This document shows, piece after piece, positions 49,707 through 63,887 of a stretch of DNA of 64,000 nucleotides. The stretch is from the NCBI GenBank assembly GCA_965113315.1, contig OZ220371.1; one strand, written 5' to 3'. This DNA comes from Podarcis vaucheri. Taxonomy: Eukaryota. Within the stretch, counting starts at the first letter, position 1. Each line of letters opens with the position of its first letter. The notes below the pieces were generated by a model. That model was not told where the DNA came from and ran no database searches. It saw only the letters and a list, made by a program, of their open reading frames with translations. Position numbers and translations under genes: made by a program.

Positions 49707-51040
49707 ATTGTTTGTTTAATCAGAACTGATTGTTTAATCAGCATCAAACCTGGTTACTGAGGAACGTTTTTGTCTGTTGCCTAAATAACTCACTGTTAGA
49801 AGGAATAAAAAGCTACGTTTAGCAAAATAGTAAATATAAACTATGTATCTTATGAAAATGAACAGCCTGAAAGCATAAACCAATTCAATTAATCAATCAA
49901 ACATTTTAACACTGGATAAGTGAATCAATACATTTTTGTAACAATTAAATATTTGATTCATGGGAACTCTAAAAATAAAAAATCCATTATGAAATTAAAG
50001 TCAAATGGTATAATAAAGGTTAACATGAAACAATTCTGCTTTCAATATCATAGAGAACTTATGATGTCCCACTATTGATGGAAGAAAAATTCATGTTACC
50101 ATGAATGAAATCGAATGGCGTTCATGGGCGAGTAGTACATACATTCACACAATGGGGCTTCACTGTCTTTTCCTCTCCTTTACAGATACAGCCCCCAAAA
50201 CTTGGAAGGTGGGGCGAGGGGGGGGAACCACCCTTCACAGCAAATTTAGTGAGAGGCGGTACAGTATGCAAACAGAACAGTATTCACACATCATTGGATT
50301 TTGCCCCACGATTTCAATATTTCTCATTTGGAGGTACAACGTTTTAACTGTGGAATGCTCTCTCCAGAGAGGCTCCCCTTGCACCTTACATATCCTTAGA
50401 CACCAAGCAAAAACATTCCTCTTCTCCCAGGCCCTTGGCTAATTAACCAACATATGCCCCTTCAAACTAGGGGCGGGGAGGGCGTCACCTTCCCAAAGCC
50501 AGGTAAGTGAGCCACTGGACTTTGGGAAGGAGGCATGGGGGCTCTGACAGGGCACTAGAACCCTCCTACCTACTTCCCAAAGCCTAGTTAGCACTTTAGC
50601 AGTCTTGGGAAGGAGGTGGGAGGAATCTAGGACCCTGCCAGCGCCTAGAGCCTTGCTTAGCCAGCCTTGGGAAAACAGCAGGAGAACTGGGAGGGGATCA
50701 AATTTTGGCTTAGTTTCCTCCCTCTCTCTGTGCAGGAGGGCAGTGTGAGGCCCACACCCTGCAGCCCACTTGGTATGAAAATTTGGACTGCCCTGGGCTA
50801 AGTATTCAGTATCAAGTTACCTGTCCCTGTGTCCTATACATAGAATTCAGTCTTCTATTTCTGTACCAAGCACTGGATGATAACATAGAATCACAGAATT
50901 TTAGGCTTGGGGGTTACCCAAGAGTCATCTAGTCCATCTCCTGCAATGCAGGAATTAAAATTATCACAATATATGACCATGTGATTTAGGCCCTAGTCCA
51001 AAAAGCTGAGTTCCACCCACACAATTCAGGGTATCTAAGC

Positions 51041-51285
51041 CAGGGGTCAGCAAGCTTTTTCAGCAGGGGGCCGGTCCACTGTCCCTCAGACCTTGTGGGG
51101 GGCCAGACTATATGGGGGGGGGTGAGCGAATTCCTATGCCCCACAAATAACCCAGAGATGTATTTTAAATAAAAGCACACATTCTACTCATGTAAAAATA
51201 CTCTGATTCCCGGACCTTCTGCGGGCCGGATTTAGAAGGCGATTGGGCTGGATGCGGCCCCCGGGCCTTAGTTTGCCTACCCATG
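51041..51285 (+). mobile_element. hAT MITE, same family as 43532
   Basis: Same TIRs and interior; perfect 8-bp TSD ATCTAAGC. Confidence 0.92.
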
Positions 51286-54200
51286 ATCTAAGCCTTTCAT
51301 TTCTAAGGCAGCCACCAATTCTGCCAGACAACGCAACACCAAAACTTGTAGTGAGTTCAGAATGCCCTGAAACAGGACAATGAACAGCTTCAATAAACAC
51401 ACAGAGAAACAAACCTCAGTGTATGCATTCAACCATTTGCATGCCTCAAGGGCCTTTCTGGATCACATCCTTGAAGTCAATTTATATCTTGATCACTAGT
51501 AGAAGTAATTTACATAATAAACAGTGCCACTGACATGTGTTGATCTGATCCTGCTGAGAGCCTGCAGCTTTAACCAAACTTCAAGGGGTGTGGGGAGAAA
51601 ACAAACTACCAGGAAAATGGCTCTTCTTGAGACTGGAGCATATGAATGCCAACTACCAAGCAATCTGAACAGCGCAGCCCTTGTACTGGGGAACAACAGG
51701 CCACATCCTGCAAAGTATTTGTCCATGGTCAGGTCATCCCCTATGCACTGTGTGGCTTGGATCCTAATAACCGCTCACCTAGTTTCACCCACTGAGAAGG
51801 TTTGGTCATTTTTTTAAAAAAAACATCAGGTTGCCATGCCACATGACAATCCTTTGCAATATAGCATAGGGGTTTGCTACTCAAAGGAAAGCAGAAAGAC
51901 ATTCCATTGGGCTGATCCACACCTCTGAGTGTACCTAAAGCAGCTCTTTAGATACTAGTTTTGATCTGTAAGCACAGAAGAATGGAGCTGTGTTTCTGGT
52001 GCTCCGAGAGATATCTGGATCAGGCTGACTTTTCAGATCTACTAAATTTGATATATGTATGCATAGGGAAGTTAGTTTTACTATGTATCAACTTGTAGAA
52101 TGGGAAGAGAGTGCAAATTTACAAAAGTAAAACCATATATATGGTTTGCATATATCAGTCATGTTCTTCAATTACTTCAGAATTGCACATTATATTGAAA
52201 CATCACAGGTCACAAAACTGGAAAATACTACTGTAATTTGAGCAGAAACATACTTATTTTATAAATACAGGAGCACTGGTGTGGGAAGAAGTTAAGCAGT
52301 TCTTATTCAAACGAGAAACTGTTTCTGAACATCCAGCACTTTTAGAGCAACTCTAAGCTGCAGTCACAAACATCCATTAGAGTGTTCCACAATTCAGAGC
52401 AAGCAAGTGGTTGTCAGTGCAGCCAGTAAATCACCTGATCCTATTACAAAATCAATTACTGCAGCACATTTCTATTGCTACACAACCTGATGATGGCAAA
52501 ATGATATTGGATAGCTGCTGCAAGGTCAAAAAAAACTAAAAACATTTTAAAATGTGTCTTATTTTAGGTCCACATTGCATCTATTTTAAAGGAAATATTT
52601 TTAATAAAGCTGTATAGTTACCTTCTTTGGCTGATTGGGACATTCGATGGATAGTCTCTGCAACTGGTCTGATGTATGGCTGCAAGATAGGAGATCGGAA
52701 CAGCAGGTCGAACGGCCCAGCCTCTTCATTAAAGAAGAAATAATGCTGCAGCCACAGCCACACATTGACTTGCTCATCAGATGAGTTTATTCCTTAAGAA
52801 ATCAGTACTGGTACTGGCCCACACACAATCAAAATTGGCCGACCGCCTCATTCTGCAGCTCCCTGGCAAAAATTAATACTGATAAAAATAAAACAATGGT
52901 GTTTTTTTCCGAAGCTAATGCTAGTAGTCACTGTCTTTATTGCCAAGCAAAGCTCGCAATCTTAAAGTGCCTCTTTCCAGCTACACTTTTGCAAGACAAG
53001 CTGCTTTGATGCTCTCCACTGTTTTGCAAGAAAGCCATGAACTTAAAGTAACAGACACTGCACACTGACTAGAGTTTGTTTCTCTGTAGCACTTCAGGTC
53101 TGCTTTGATAGCCTCTATCCAACCTGTTCCCACTTTGAACACGCAGTCTTCCAACAGCCAACAGAAAATAGCCACACCCCTCTGTGTTCACATGATCACT
53201 ATTCAAGATCCGCTCAATATCTGAAAAAGTACTGTTGCTGCATTGCTGAGAGTAACAACAGTGTAGAGATTACTGGCTGGAATCTAATTTGCCAGTCAGA
53301 GCTCCCGACCCTTCAAGACTCTAACGTTCAGGGTACCTGCCAGTTCCACTTAGATTAATGTATTTTCTTTACTGCCAAACTTTGCCATTTTCCCTATGTT
53401 AAATATACACCCCACTTCAGCCTAACAAACCTAAGAGCAAAGTGCAGAAAGCTGTCTTATGAAAATACAACTCTGGAGAAAAGGCTAACACCATTACAAA
53501 CTTATACATACCAACCCAACAACTAACAGAGCGGGGAACAAATTTCAGCTAAAAAAAGAGCCAAAGCAATGGAAAACATAACAGCCAAAGGGTTTTAGTA
53601 AAGGAAACATGGAATTAACTTATTGGATATCTACCTCAGAGGGGGAAAGTTTGCAAATTGATTCAGACAAGTGGGGGTTATGGGGGGGGAGGAACTAAAT
53701 AAAATCATTTGCCTTGTCTTTGTCTCCCAAAGTTAATGTTTCAATATTTAAATAAAATAACTTTTCCTCAATAACACTGCTGTATTTCTAATTTCCCTTG
53801 TTTAATTGATCCTCAATGTAAAACAGAAAAAACCCCAAACAAATATAAAACATAAAAAGCTTGCAGATGCTTCCATAGCAGTACTAATTGCAAGTGCTAT
53901 ATATCAGTAGATGACATGCTGGTCTTTCAGCTATTAAAAGCAGTGCATTTATCTGTCTTACTGCAGCATGCACTAGAGTATTTGAAAAGAGAGAGAGAGC
54001 TCACGTTAACACAGATGCTCAACCTGATTACAGGATAATCTGCCTTGAAATAATTGTCACTTACATTGATAGAGCTATCAGCCGTTGCCTATAAAATCCC
54101 TTTTATCAAATGGTTAAGAAAAAGCAAGTGGCATGACAGCAGCTTAAGCGCACATATTCAAGCAAAACTTCTTGTTTTCGCTCTGCATCAAAAGCTATAT

Positions 54201-55879
54201 TTGCTCTGTCTCCTCCCCTCTTCCTCCAGCCCTGGTTTACAGCTATATTGAGACAGTACTGCCTCTTCCTTCAACCTTGTTCTGCCCTTTCGATATTCAC
54301 ATTTCTATTAAATCATTTTCCAGTAATATTAAAATTCAAGCAACCAATGCAAATTGAATAAAAAGCCTTTGTGGAGAAAGACTCTGCATGCAAACAAGCA
54401 AATAATGCAGTAACCTTTTACTCGCCTGCTGGAGGTACTGTCTGCTGCATAGAATTTTAAATCCTCATCTGCAGATGCAATTGAGCTGGTATTGCCAAGG
54501 ACTTTGCTCTTCCTGCGCTGATTCTACACAGCTATTCATCAGGAAAAAAACATTATAGGGAAAATGTAAAGTAATATCAGGTGAAATCTCTCAGACGGCC
54601 TGAAATGAGCCAACTTCTAAAAATCAGCTGCCGTCTTGCCTAGTCACATTTCTGAGCTCATAAAGGAAGTGTTATTGCTGATGTATGTTTGCTTGCCACC
54701 AATATGCAAGATAGGGAATCACAGGATGAAAAAAACTAATACATACTGTATTAGAGTGCACCGAGCAACCTTACCCTAATAATTTCCCGATGTCTTTCCT
54801 AGTATAAAATTGCATCTCAAGATGAAACATCTCATAGAACCAAGTAAGACTTCCTGTCCTCCTTCTGCTCCTCCTCCATCTCCCTTTCAATGAATCTCAA
54901 GAGGCAGAGTTCTAATAAAGATGATTACAGCTATGCCATACTGTTGTGCCAAGCAAAGAAATAGCCATCTTTTCCAAAGTTTTTATATAGACTGCTCGTT
55001 TAAAGAAGCATCTGTTATTCATCACAATTACCACTATTGCCCCATCAGTTTCGCCCGTTTCCCCTCACCCACAGAGTGGAAGATATCTGAAGTCCATACG
55101 GGGTGGGGTCCTAAAGGACTAATTTGTTTTTGGCCAGAGAAGACTAAAGCAGTTCTATGTTTTTGGATCTCAGAGCTGCTGCTATTGCCTTGGGATTGGT
55201 ATGCTTGTGTGCCCACCTGATCATTCTGCATATTTTTAAGTTATTACAGAAACATTTAAGTGTCAGAATCCTCTCCCTTCCAAGGAAACAGACCTGGAAA
55301 TTGCCCCTTACTCAAAGTAGTGAGCAGCATAGAACAATGCTCTCATTTTGAACACAATAGATCTAATTTAAGCTTTATTTTTCTTATAGTAGGGAATTTG
55401 ATATAGTCAAACAAAGAAACAGCTTTTGATTATAATTAGTTAAAGGCGGGTATAATCATTTCGAATTAGCATGTGATATGAAATGCATAGATAATTCAGG
55501 GAAACTTGTACTGCCTTTAACAGGAATGAAACACTAGCAGTAAAGGTTGTTATTCATTATTTATGTGCTCCCCCACTCATCTCATGTCAGTTTCCTTAAT
55601 GTACTATTGATTCTCAGGATGCATAAAGATGGAGCCAGTGACAGACCACATATAGGGCAATCATCCAGTAAGTAAACAAAGTGACTGTTTAGGTAGATAT
55701 AATCATGGAAGAATTCCAATATACAGAAGAACTTCAATGACACATGCAGATTTATCTATAATACCTAGCTAGATATTTCAAGAAAGTATCTTAATTTGAA
55801 CAAAGTTCTAAACAATAATTCAGTTTTTGAAAGGCCATTTACACATACTGGATGCGTTCACCTGATTGGATCCTGACTT

Positions 55880-56265
55880 AAGGTAAAGGTATGGTAAAGG
55901 ATCCCTGGATGGTTAAGTCCAGTCAAAGGTGACTATGGGATGCAGCGCTCCCCTCGCTTTTCAGGCCGAGGGAGCCGGCGTTTGTCCACAGACAGCTTTC
56001 CAGGTCATGTGGCCAGCATGACCAAACGCTCCTGGTGCACAGAGGAACGTGACAAGTGCCAGAATGCATGGAAATGCCATTTACCTTCCTGCCGCAGCAG
56101 TACCTATTTATCTACTTGCACTGGTATGCTTTCAAACTGTGAGGTTGGCAGAAGCTGGGACACAGCAACAGGAGTTCACCCTGTCACAGAGATTCTAACT
56201 GCCAACCTTCCAATCGGCAAGCCCAAGCAGCTCAGTGGCTTAGACCACAGCGCCACCTGTGTACC
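55880..56265 (-). mobile_element. Sauria SINE, older subfamily
   Basis: AAGGTAAAGG tail, tacctatttatctacttgcac core, 5' end accacagcgccacc on the plus strand. Confidence 0.88.
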
Positions 56266-56605
56266 TTACTAAGTCAGGATGTGCATGAACTGCACATACC
56301 CACATGAAGACCCTTTGCTGTTGCTTCATTCTTCCCTGCACAAAAACAAAACAAACAAGGAAACCACAGATAACCATAACTCCTTGTCATATAAGAACTG
56401 GAAACACCTATGGAAAAGCTGGAAGCCAACTTGAAATAGTTGGAATAGGCTTCTGAATCCTTGATTGTTTTAGGTACTATAACATTATGGATGGCAAAAG
56501 CAACTTTCTTTCCAAAAGGCTCATATGAGGCGGTGTGGGAGAACAGCAACATTAATTTAATTCTCATTTCTACAATATGAAAGATCTCTTAGATACATTG
56601 TAAGG

Positions 56606-57090
56606 GTTGTTGGCATCTGTCTGTCTCAAAGACAATGGAGTGAGCCTCTGGAAGTGAAGTCAGACCACTGCATTAACAGCACCAAAGTGACCTCCCTGGG
56701 ATGCTAGGCTGGGCAGTGTGTATGGAGCTCCTGGACTGCCCAGACGGCAAGACCGCCCTCTCAGCCTTGCTGATGTGGTCCAAAGGAAAGCAGAGCAATA
56801 CATTTGGCACCAGCTTGGCTGCAGGAGTTGCCAGAAGGAGGTGTGCAAGGCACTATCAAACAGTCAGGGACGCTGCTTGATCTGTGTAGGGTTTACTCCT
56901 TAGCCTTTTCTTCTCCCGAAGACATCCTGCAAGGCAGTGGAGGTTTAGGACCAGAATTTTCCTTCTCCTAGATGGGCTACCTTCCCAGGTGGATGAGCCC
57001 CATCTACCCTGCACTTCCCTCAGAGACCGTCTTCTTGACTGTTAGAGCCACTATTGGTCTCACCCGCTCAATCCACCAGGGCCTGTCTTG
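56606..57090 (-). mobile_element. Non-autonomous RTE-derived retroelement
   Basis: RTE 5'-UTR-like CCTGGGAAGGTAGCCCATCTAGGAGAAGGAAAA on the minus strand and 3' end GATGCCAACAAC; the 3' end matches a plus-strand copy at about 37880-37951. Confidence 0.6.
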
Positions 57091-58430
57091 TGAGGAGCTG
57101 TGTGTTAATCTGAATTTAGGTTTCTCTGTGTAGATCATGGCATAAATATAAGATTGACATAACTAATATGACATGATGAACTCCATGGTAACCTGACACA
57201 AGCCTTACTCTAGCATCCTGAAAGGCATCCAGGATTACACTAAATTCACACACATCTGACTTGAAGATTAACACATGCAAATATAGAATTGCTAAATACA
57301 AGATACTCAGCTACTCAGTGGGATCCATCCACACAATGTTAAGGTGATTTAAAGGCAGATCCCAGACAGAGATGCCTAGGTTCAGATAATTTCTCACTAT
57401 CAGAAGTCTTTCACTCTTTTGTTAAGCAAACAGGAACAGGATCACCAAAGATGAGCAAGGTGACAAAAAGGCAGGAAAATCTGGAAGGGATTATGGAAAT
57501 TGTAGGAATCACTCATTTCACAGCCCCCTCACCTCTCCACTGGCATGCCTTGGCAAAAATGTATTTTAAAAAACCATTAGATTCAAAGGCTAGTGAGCTC
57601 TCACAGTTCCAACAGGACAGAACTTATACAGCGCTCCCTGGGACACAGCACACTTCTGCTTTCCCTTAACAACAGGTATACTTTCCTCTCCCACCCCCTT
57701 CTAGTGTGGGTTTATGGCAAAATTGTCATGCCCATGCTCCTGTAGGCCTTTAGAATAGTTAGGGAATCTTTTACCCTTTAATTAAGGTGTGTGTATTGTA
57801 ATTTGCTACCTGCTTAGACTGTAACTTTGCTATCTAAAGCAGCATTTTTTATATTCTGTCACTCCTATGTCATATAATAAACCAAACTATCTTTATTTCT
57901 TTGTGTGAGAGCTTCTTGTGGGCATAAGATTGAGGGTTAACACATATCCATAACAAGTGCATGTCATCACTCCAGCAAAAGATCCTAAACCTCTCAGCAT
58001 TGTGTATATGAACACACGAGTGCTGGCTGTGTACGTTTGAGTACACACTTGTAACAGTCTTTGCATGCAAGAGAAGTCCCTAACTCACTGATCAAGACTT
58101 CATGGTCTCCATGGCAACAATGACACTGTCTCAAGTAGCTACTGGCCCAACACATAGGGCAGGGTATACTCCGGATCTGGTCTTTGCTCCAAGTGGCATA
58201 TGAAGGCCTGAATATAGATGGGAGTTTGTATGACCCCATTGCTCACTTCCTGGTGAGATCTGGACTGATTGTATGAGGCGCCACAACTTGTTATAGAATG
58301 CATAAGGCCACAATCACAATCACTTCTTAGTGCCCTCTCTGCTGTAGTGGAGCCCAGTCTAAGCCTTTGCATCCTTGAGCTCCAGGTAATGAAACAGGTT
58401 GGACAATGGCTAGAGTGCAGGTGATATAAA

Positions 58431-58765
58431 GGTAAAAGGTAAGGAAAAGGATCCCTGAATGGTTAAGTCCAGTCAAAGGCGACTATGGGGTACACCACTC
58501 ATTTTACTTCAGGTTGAGGGAGCTGGTGTTTGTTCAGATAGCTTTCTGAGTCATGTGACCAGCATGACTAAACCGCTTCTGGCACAACGGAACACCATGA
58601 CAGATTCCAGAGGGCATGGAAATGCTGTTTACCTTCCTGCCACAGCAGTACTTATTTATCTACTTGCACTGGTGTGCTTTCGAACTGCTGGGTTGGCAGA
58701 AGTTGGGACAGAGCAACGGCAACTCACCCCATCGCACAGATTTGAACCACAGCACCACCTGCCCC
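58431..58765 (-). mobile_element. Sauria SINE with internal deletion
   Basis: Sauria core; 12-bp TSD AGGTGATATAAA at 58419-58430 and 58767-58778. Confidence 0.88.
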
Positions 58766-59075
58766 TAGGTGATATAAAACCCACTAGGAGGTCAAACAAG
58801 CATCACTTAGAGCACACAATCACACCAAATGCATGGCAATAGTTGTGACAAAAAAGGCTTACTTTGCTGTCTCCACTGCATCCTTGAGTTCAGTGGAGTC
58901 ATTCTGGGTTGTAGGGAACCTCTTTCTGTTAGGATACTACTTTTGCTAAGCTTAACCCAGCTGCCCTACATCTGATTTCAGATCTGATTTCAGGTGTGGG
59001 GCAGATAAAGGTGCAGCAAAACACAGTTTGCAGAGACAAACCAGGGTATTACTAGTGCTTGCAATCTCCTTAAAT

Positions 59076-59349
59076 CAGAGATCGGCAACCTTATCGAAGG
59101 ATGGGCCGGTTAACGCTCCGTCCGTTGGAGGATGGGCCCGGAGCATGTGCAGACTGCGTCAAGGGGAGCACCCAGAAGTGCACTGGGAATAACGTGTATG
59201 CATGCGAACGGGCGCCATCAACCCGGAAGTTGGTCCCCGCGCCGCGCCAGTAAGAGCGGGGTGGTGGTGGTGGCAGGGGTCGCCATGGGCCAGTTAGACA
59301 AGCCTCGTGGGCTGCTACCAGCCCATAGGCCTTAGGTTGGCGACCCCTG
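59076..59349. mobile_element. hAT MITE with related ends and a different CpG-rich interior
   Basis: CAGAGATCGGCAACCT...AGGTTGGCGACCCCTG; TSD CCTTA(A/C)AT. Confidence 0.85.
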
Positions 59350-62300
59350 CCTTACATAGCTGGTACATTTCAAGTCTAGATTACTGAAACACAGTCTCTA
59401 TTGGTTTGTCTGGAAGTTGCAATTAGTGCAAAACGCAGTCACCAGTGTTATTTTGCAGGGTGGCCTATAGTCAGCATGTATCTTGCCCTGCATAAAGAAT
59501 AAAATTGACTGCCTATATGCTACTAGGCCAAGTTTAAGGTTTTGATTGATAAAGCTTAGGATCAGATTATCTTCCAGGATGCCCAATCTGAAATCTTATT
59601 TGACTAAAATACAATGGTTAGGATTAAGAACCTGGTATTTAATCCAGAAGCAGATTTTACAATTGCTGTTTAATGGGCAATTTATACACGCTTTGCATAT
59701 AAGTACAATTGAACCAATGATCTTGGTAAAACCAAAAGAAAACACTCTGAAAAGGCCAAAACTATAGACTATTACCCACTTACGCTGGAGTATTCTGAAT
59801 ACAACTACTAAAATAATTATAAGATTTATTTTTTTCAATTCATGAACTCAAGTTTACTGAATAATGTTGCAATCTAAACTGTTTGAATATAAATATTGCC
59901 ACTGGTGGAAGGAGTAAATGAGATGGAGGGGGGGGGAATCTCATTTTCCTGCTGCTTCTCAAATCAAGCTCTGCTACAGAACTCAGAATAAGAGATTGGC
60001 TGAGCACTCAGTCCAAAGGGACTATAGGAGTCTGTCCTTAGCAAAGAGAAGCAGCATAACTGTGCTTCCTCCTTTCTAACCCACCGAACACCATTATTCA
60101 CTTTAGAGGCACAGCTCAGCTGAAACATGGCAAAGGCATAATCAATGGGGAAGAAGAAGAAAAGCAGGCCATTCTCTATCCATCATTTAATATCACTGAA
60201 TTTGTCCAGCCTAGTTCACTCAAAAGGCTAAGCCATGGATTGTTTAATCAATATGTGGCTTGCCTGAACACCCTGATGCAGCCCAGCAAACTAATAATGG
60301 TTTGTTTTCTGACAATGATGTGAAGCCATAGTTTGGCTTTGACTTTCTAACGTGCTTAACCATAGTTTATTTGTCCACCCCATTCCAAATGCTTGTCAAG
60401 CTACAAAGGCACGAGACAAAAGCAATTTGAAAACAGGCCATGCTTTTGCTTGTTTACTAATTTGAGAGACAACAAGTGGTTTGTTGAACTACGGTTTAAG
60501 CTTCCTGACACCAAGCAGCCTGAGCTGTTGGAGAAAACTCTTTGGATCCAGAGGTATCTGGATGCCCACACCCTTATTTTTCACAGGAACAGGAGGGGTT
60601 TAATCAAGAGCAAGTCCCTTTCCTGCCCCCAGAATGCACATTTTGCCACCTTCCTCATCCACACACAGATGTGGCATTTAGACCCACAAAGCATTACATA
60701 ATCTTCTCTACCAGGATGAGCTACATGTATTTGCATAAACTGGCAAAAAATTAAAAAGCTAAGTACAACTGTAACCCCTTTTAATTTTCAGCAATTTTTC
60801 ATTTTTCTCCCTTTGAGTGTGAAGGTATTTCCCCCTCTAATATAGACATTACCAAGACAGCAGTCAACATAGTTTGACGAAAAAGCACGCCAATGCTAAT
60901 CCTTAAACCACTCATTAGGCACTTAAACAGGGGTAGGGATGCAATCTTAAAAACAAAAACAAAAACACAAAAAAACGGACAGGAAGTTTCACTGAAGTTT
61001 CATCTTAATTTCCAATTATAATTATAATTTATTCAGACAAATCATCCAGTACTAACAAAAAAGATAAAGACACTCACTTAATACAACAACTCTATTATCA
61101 GCAGTCCGTTTCATTTTGTTTTGTAAGCTAAGCACTGTGAATCCAAGAGTACAACGTTGTGTGGATGAAATATCAAGATAAAGGCTACGCTACCTTTCAA
61201 GTTGGTCCACTGAAAGGCATCTTTTCAAGAGTCAATGTTGTGTTTTTAGGTATATGTGCTGGGAACCAAACAAGAGTCTGCCTGAACACAGGAGCTATGA
61301 AGACTATTTTTAAGTTGCTGAGCTGGAGTCCAAGAATTGTGTTGCAGTTCTCCTTGCGCACTTTTCTTCTTCACAAAAAAACTTTTTATTGTGCTTTAGT
61401 AGAAGGTCAATGGCTATCACTTCACTACTTGAGCACAATGGTGAATTGAAACAAGAACTCATAGCTGTTTGGACCGACAAAGCTACCAGTATGTCTAAGC
61501 CAATAAAGCGATTTGTTCATTAAAGCTACTAATAAAGCAACCTTTTGTTAGTCTATGAAACATCAGAAGCCTCAGAGAATGCATCTAACTGCAATATTTC
61601 TGGCTTTCCCACAAACTCTAGAAACGTCTCTTAAAACAAGTTCAAGGCTTAGTATTTTGATTTTCATATAGGTTGAACACACTAGTTGCATTTAATAATT
61701 CCATGTTCATGTAACAGAAAGCCAGGTTAAGGCACAGCTAAAATGCAAAAGCTGTCAATAAAGCCAACAACAGTAACAACGTATACTTTTGAAACAGAGT
61801 AAATAAAATTACATGACTCTAAAAAAGGAGCAAGCATTTGATAAGGGATGCTCTAACAGCACCCATGATGCTGCTTGACCAAGTTGTGGGTGCCTGTTTA
61901 CTGGGCCAAGAGGTAGGAGTCAACTTCATTCCAGTTAAGTTTAACACTGGCAGCTTTGTGGATTTTGCCCATCCTGTATTTGTTGACTGACAATATAAGC
62001 CAATAGGATACCCTCTATTTTAATGAATTTCTAACTACCCTTTGAAAGCCACGCACCCTAGATCTTAGGACACTTTCCTTATGCATATTTTCCTCAGTCC
62101 ATGGTCCATTGGTCATCTATAAAAGAACCAGAGCACTAACCAGAATTAAGATTAAGCTCAGGATTAAGAGCTCTCCCCAGAATGTAACTAACATGTAGCC
62201 TAGTCCTCAAAAGGGTATGCCATAATAAATCTGCTAGTCTTTTAAGGTGCTAAAAGACTTTGTGTTGCTTTTGCTCCCCTCTGGAAGCTATTATCCAACA

Positions 62301-63494
62301 GGATAGTAAGGCTATCCTCCCAACCTCACAATCGTTACGCAGGCATACATCACAATGCAAATACTGATAATCAATTCTTGGTTGATTGGGGCGGGGCAGA
62401 GGTGACAGAAAAATAAGAGGAATGTGTGAAAAAATCAGTATGCAGAATCTAGAAAATTAATGGAGAATAACAGGATGCAGCAGGGCCTGGGAGAGAGAGA
62501 GAAATACAGGAGCATGCATGGAATGTTACAAAATAATACAAACCAAGAGGAAGAGCTAAATGGTCTAAACCATCAGTTATTTGCTGCACTGTAGATTCAA
62601 CTGATCTACAAAGGCCACAGTCCAATGCACATTTAATAGGGATCAAGTCCCACTGAATTTATTTCTAAATGAGTAGGAACAAAACTGAGCACCAAGACAA
62701 AAACATAGGTGCAGACTGTGGGTTGTTTCGTACATGTATGTGCATCACTCAATTACTAATTCAGATGCTACACATTCAGATAGTTTAGAATTATAAGACT
62801 GAGGCTAACCTCCACCTCAGGCTATTCTCTCCCTTCTTCTGTTTGTTTTTGAGTTTCTAAGTCCCACTGAGTTCAATGGCACCTTCTCCCAGGTATGTGA
62901 GTATATGACTGCTGCCTTAAACAGTCAAAGGGCAATGTAATGAGAATTTTTTTTTTTATGGCATGAACTTTTGGAAACTCATCAGATGCCCAGTTATGCC
63001 TAAGAATGATGTATACCCAGAGTGCAAGGGGGGACAGATTCCTCCAAAATAAATAACAAAAGGAAGATCAAACAATGCAAGAGAAATAGCATTAGGTGTA
63101 TCATAGCAATATGCAGTAGTTCACAAATTAATACAGAACTTATTCAAATTAATACAAGGCCTAATCAGTGTGAGTGTCAAACATGCCTGTAAGCTACTGG
63201 TGATAAACTGATATTACAAGATTGAATCCTGTACACATACTTAAAACAGAGACAATTATGTTTGGGAGTGTACTAGTCATTTCCAGAGTTTGTTTAGACC
63301 AAGGTTCACAATGTCAATTTTCCCTCTGAACCTTTTCTGTTGGAATATGGCAAAAATGAATATTTATTATGCAATACTGAAATTCTCTCCCTATGGTTCC
63401 TGAACATTATTAATTTTAATGTCATATTTGTGTCATAGTGAGACGTTTCATCTTTCTGTTCTCAGGATACCTGCCCACTAGCATGACTGCTTCA

Positions 63495-63605
63495 TTCATC
63501 TAATGAAATGGACTCTTGGTCCACAAAAGCTTGACACAAAAAACTTTTAAGGTGCCAGAAGACTGTTTCTATTGCAACAGACTAACTTGGCTATCCCCTA
63601 CAGAA
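63495..63605 (+). mobile_element. Degenerate Penelope-derived short repeat with a decayed hammerhead core
   Basis: CTAATGA-AA-TGGAC-TCTTG-GTCCA-C-AAAA-GCTT followed by taaggtgcc...cagactaac..ggcta. Confidence 0.5.
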
Positions 63606-63653
63606 GTTATCAAGTAGTTTCATTGCATAGGAGTACAGTCAGAATTTCAGATA

Positions 63654-63887
63654 AAGTGGTACCTCAGGTTTCATAGGCTTCAGGATACATACGCTTCAGG
63701 TTACAGACTCCACTAACCCAGAAATAGTGCTTCAGGTTAAGAACTTTGCTTCAGGATGAGAACAGAAATCGTGCTCCGGCAGCAGCAGGAGGCCCCATTA
63801 GCTAAAGTAGTGCTTCAGGTTAAGAACAGTTTCAGGTTAAGAACGGACCTCCAGAACGAATTAAGTACTTAACCCGAGGTACCACTG
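63654..63887 (-). mobile_element. Tc1/mariner MITE, family A, inverted copy
   Basis: Reverse complement of 673-914 with slightly decayed ends. Confidence 0.88.
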
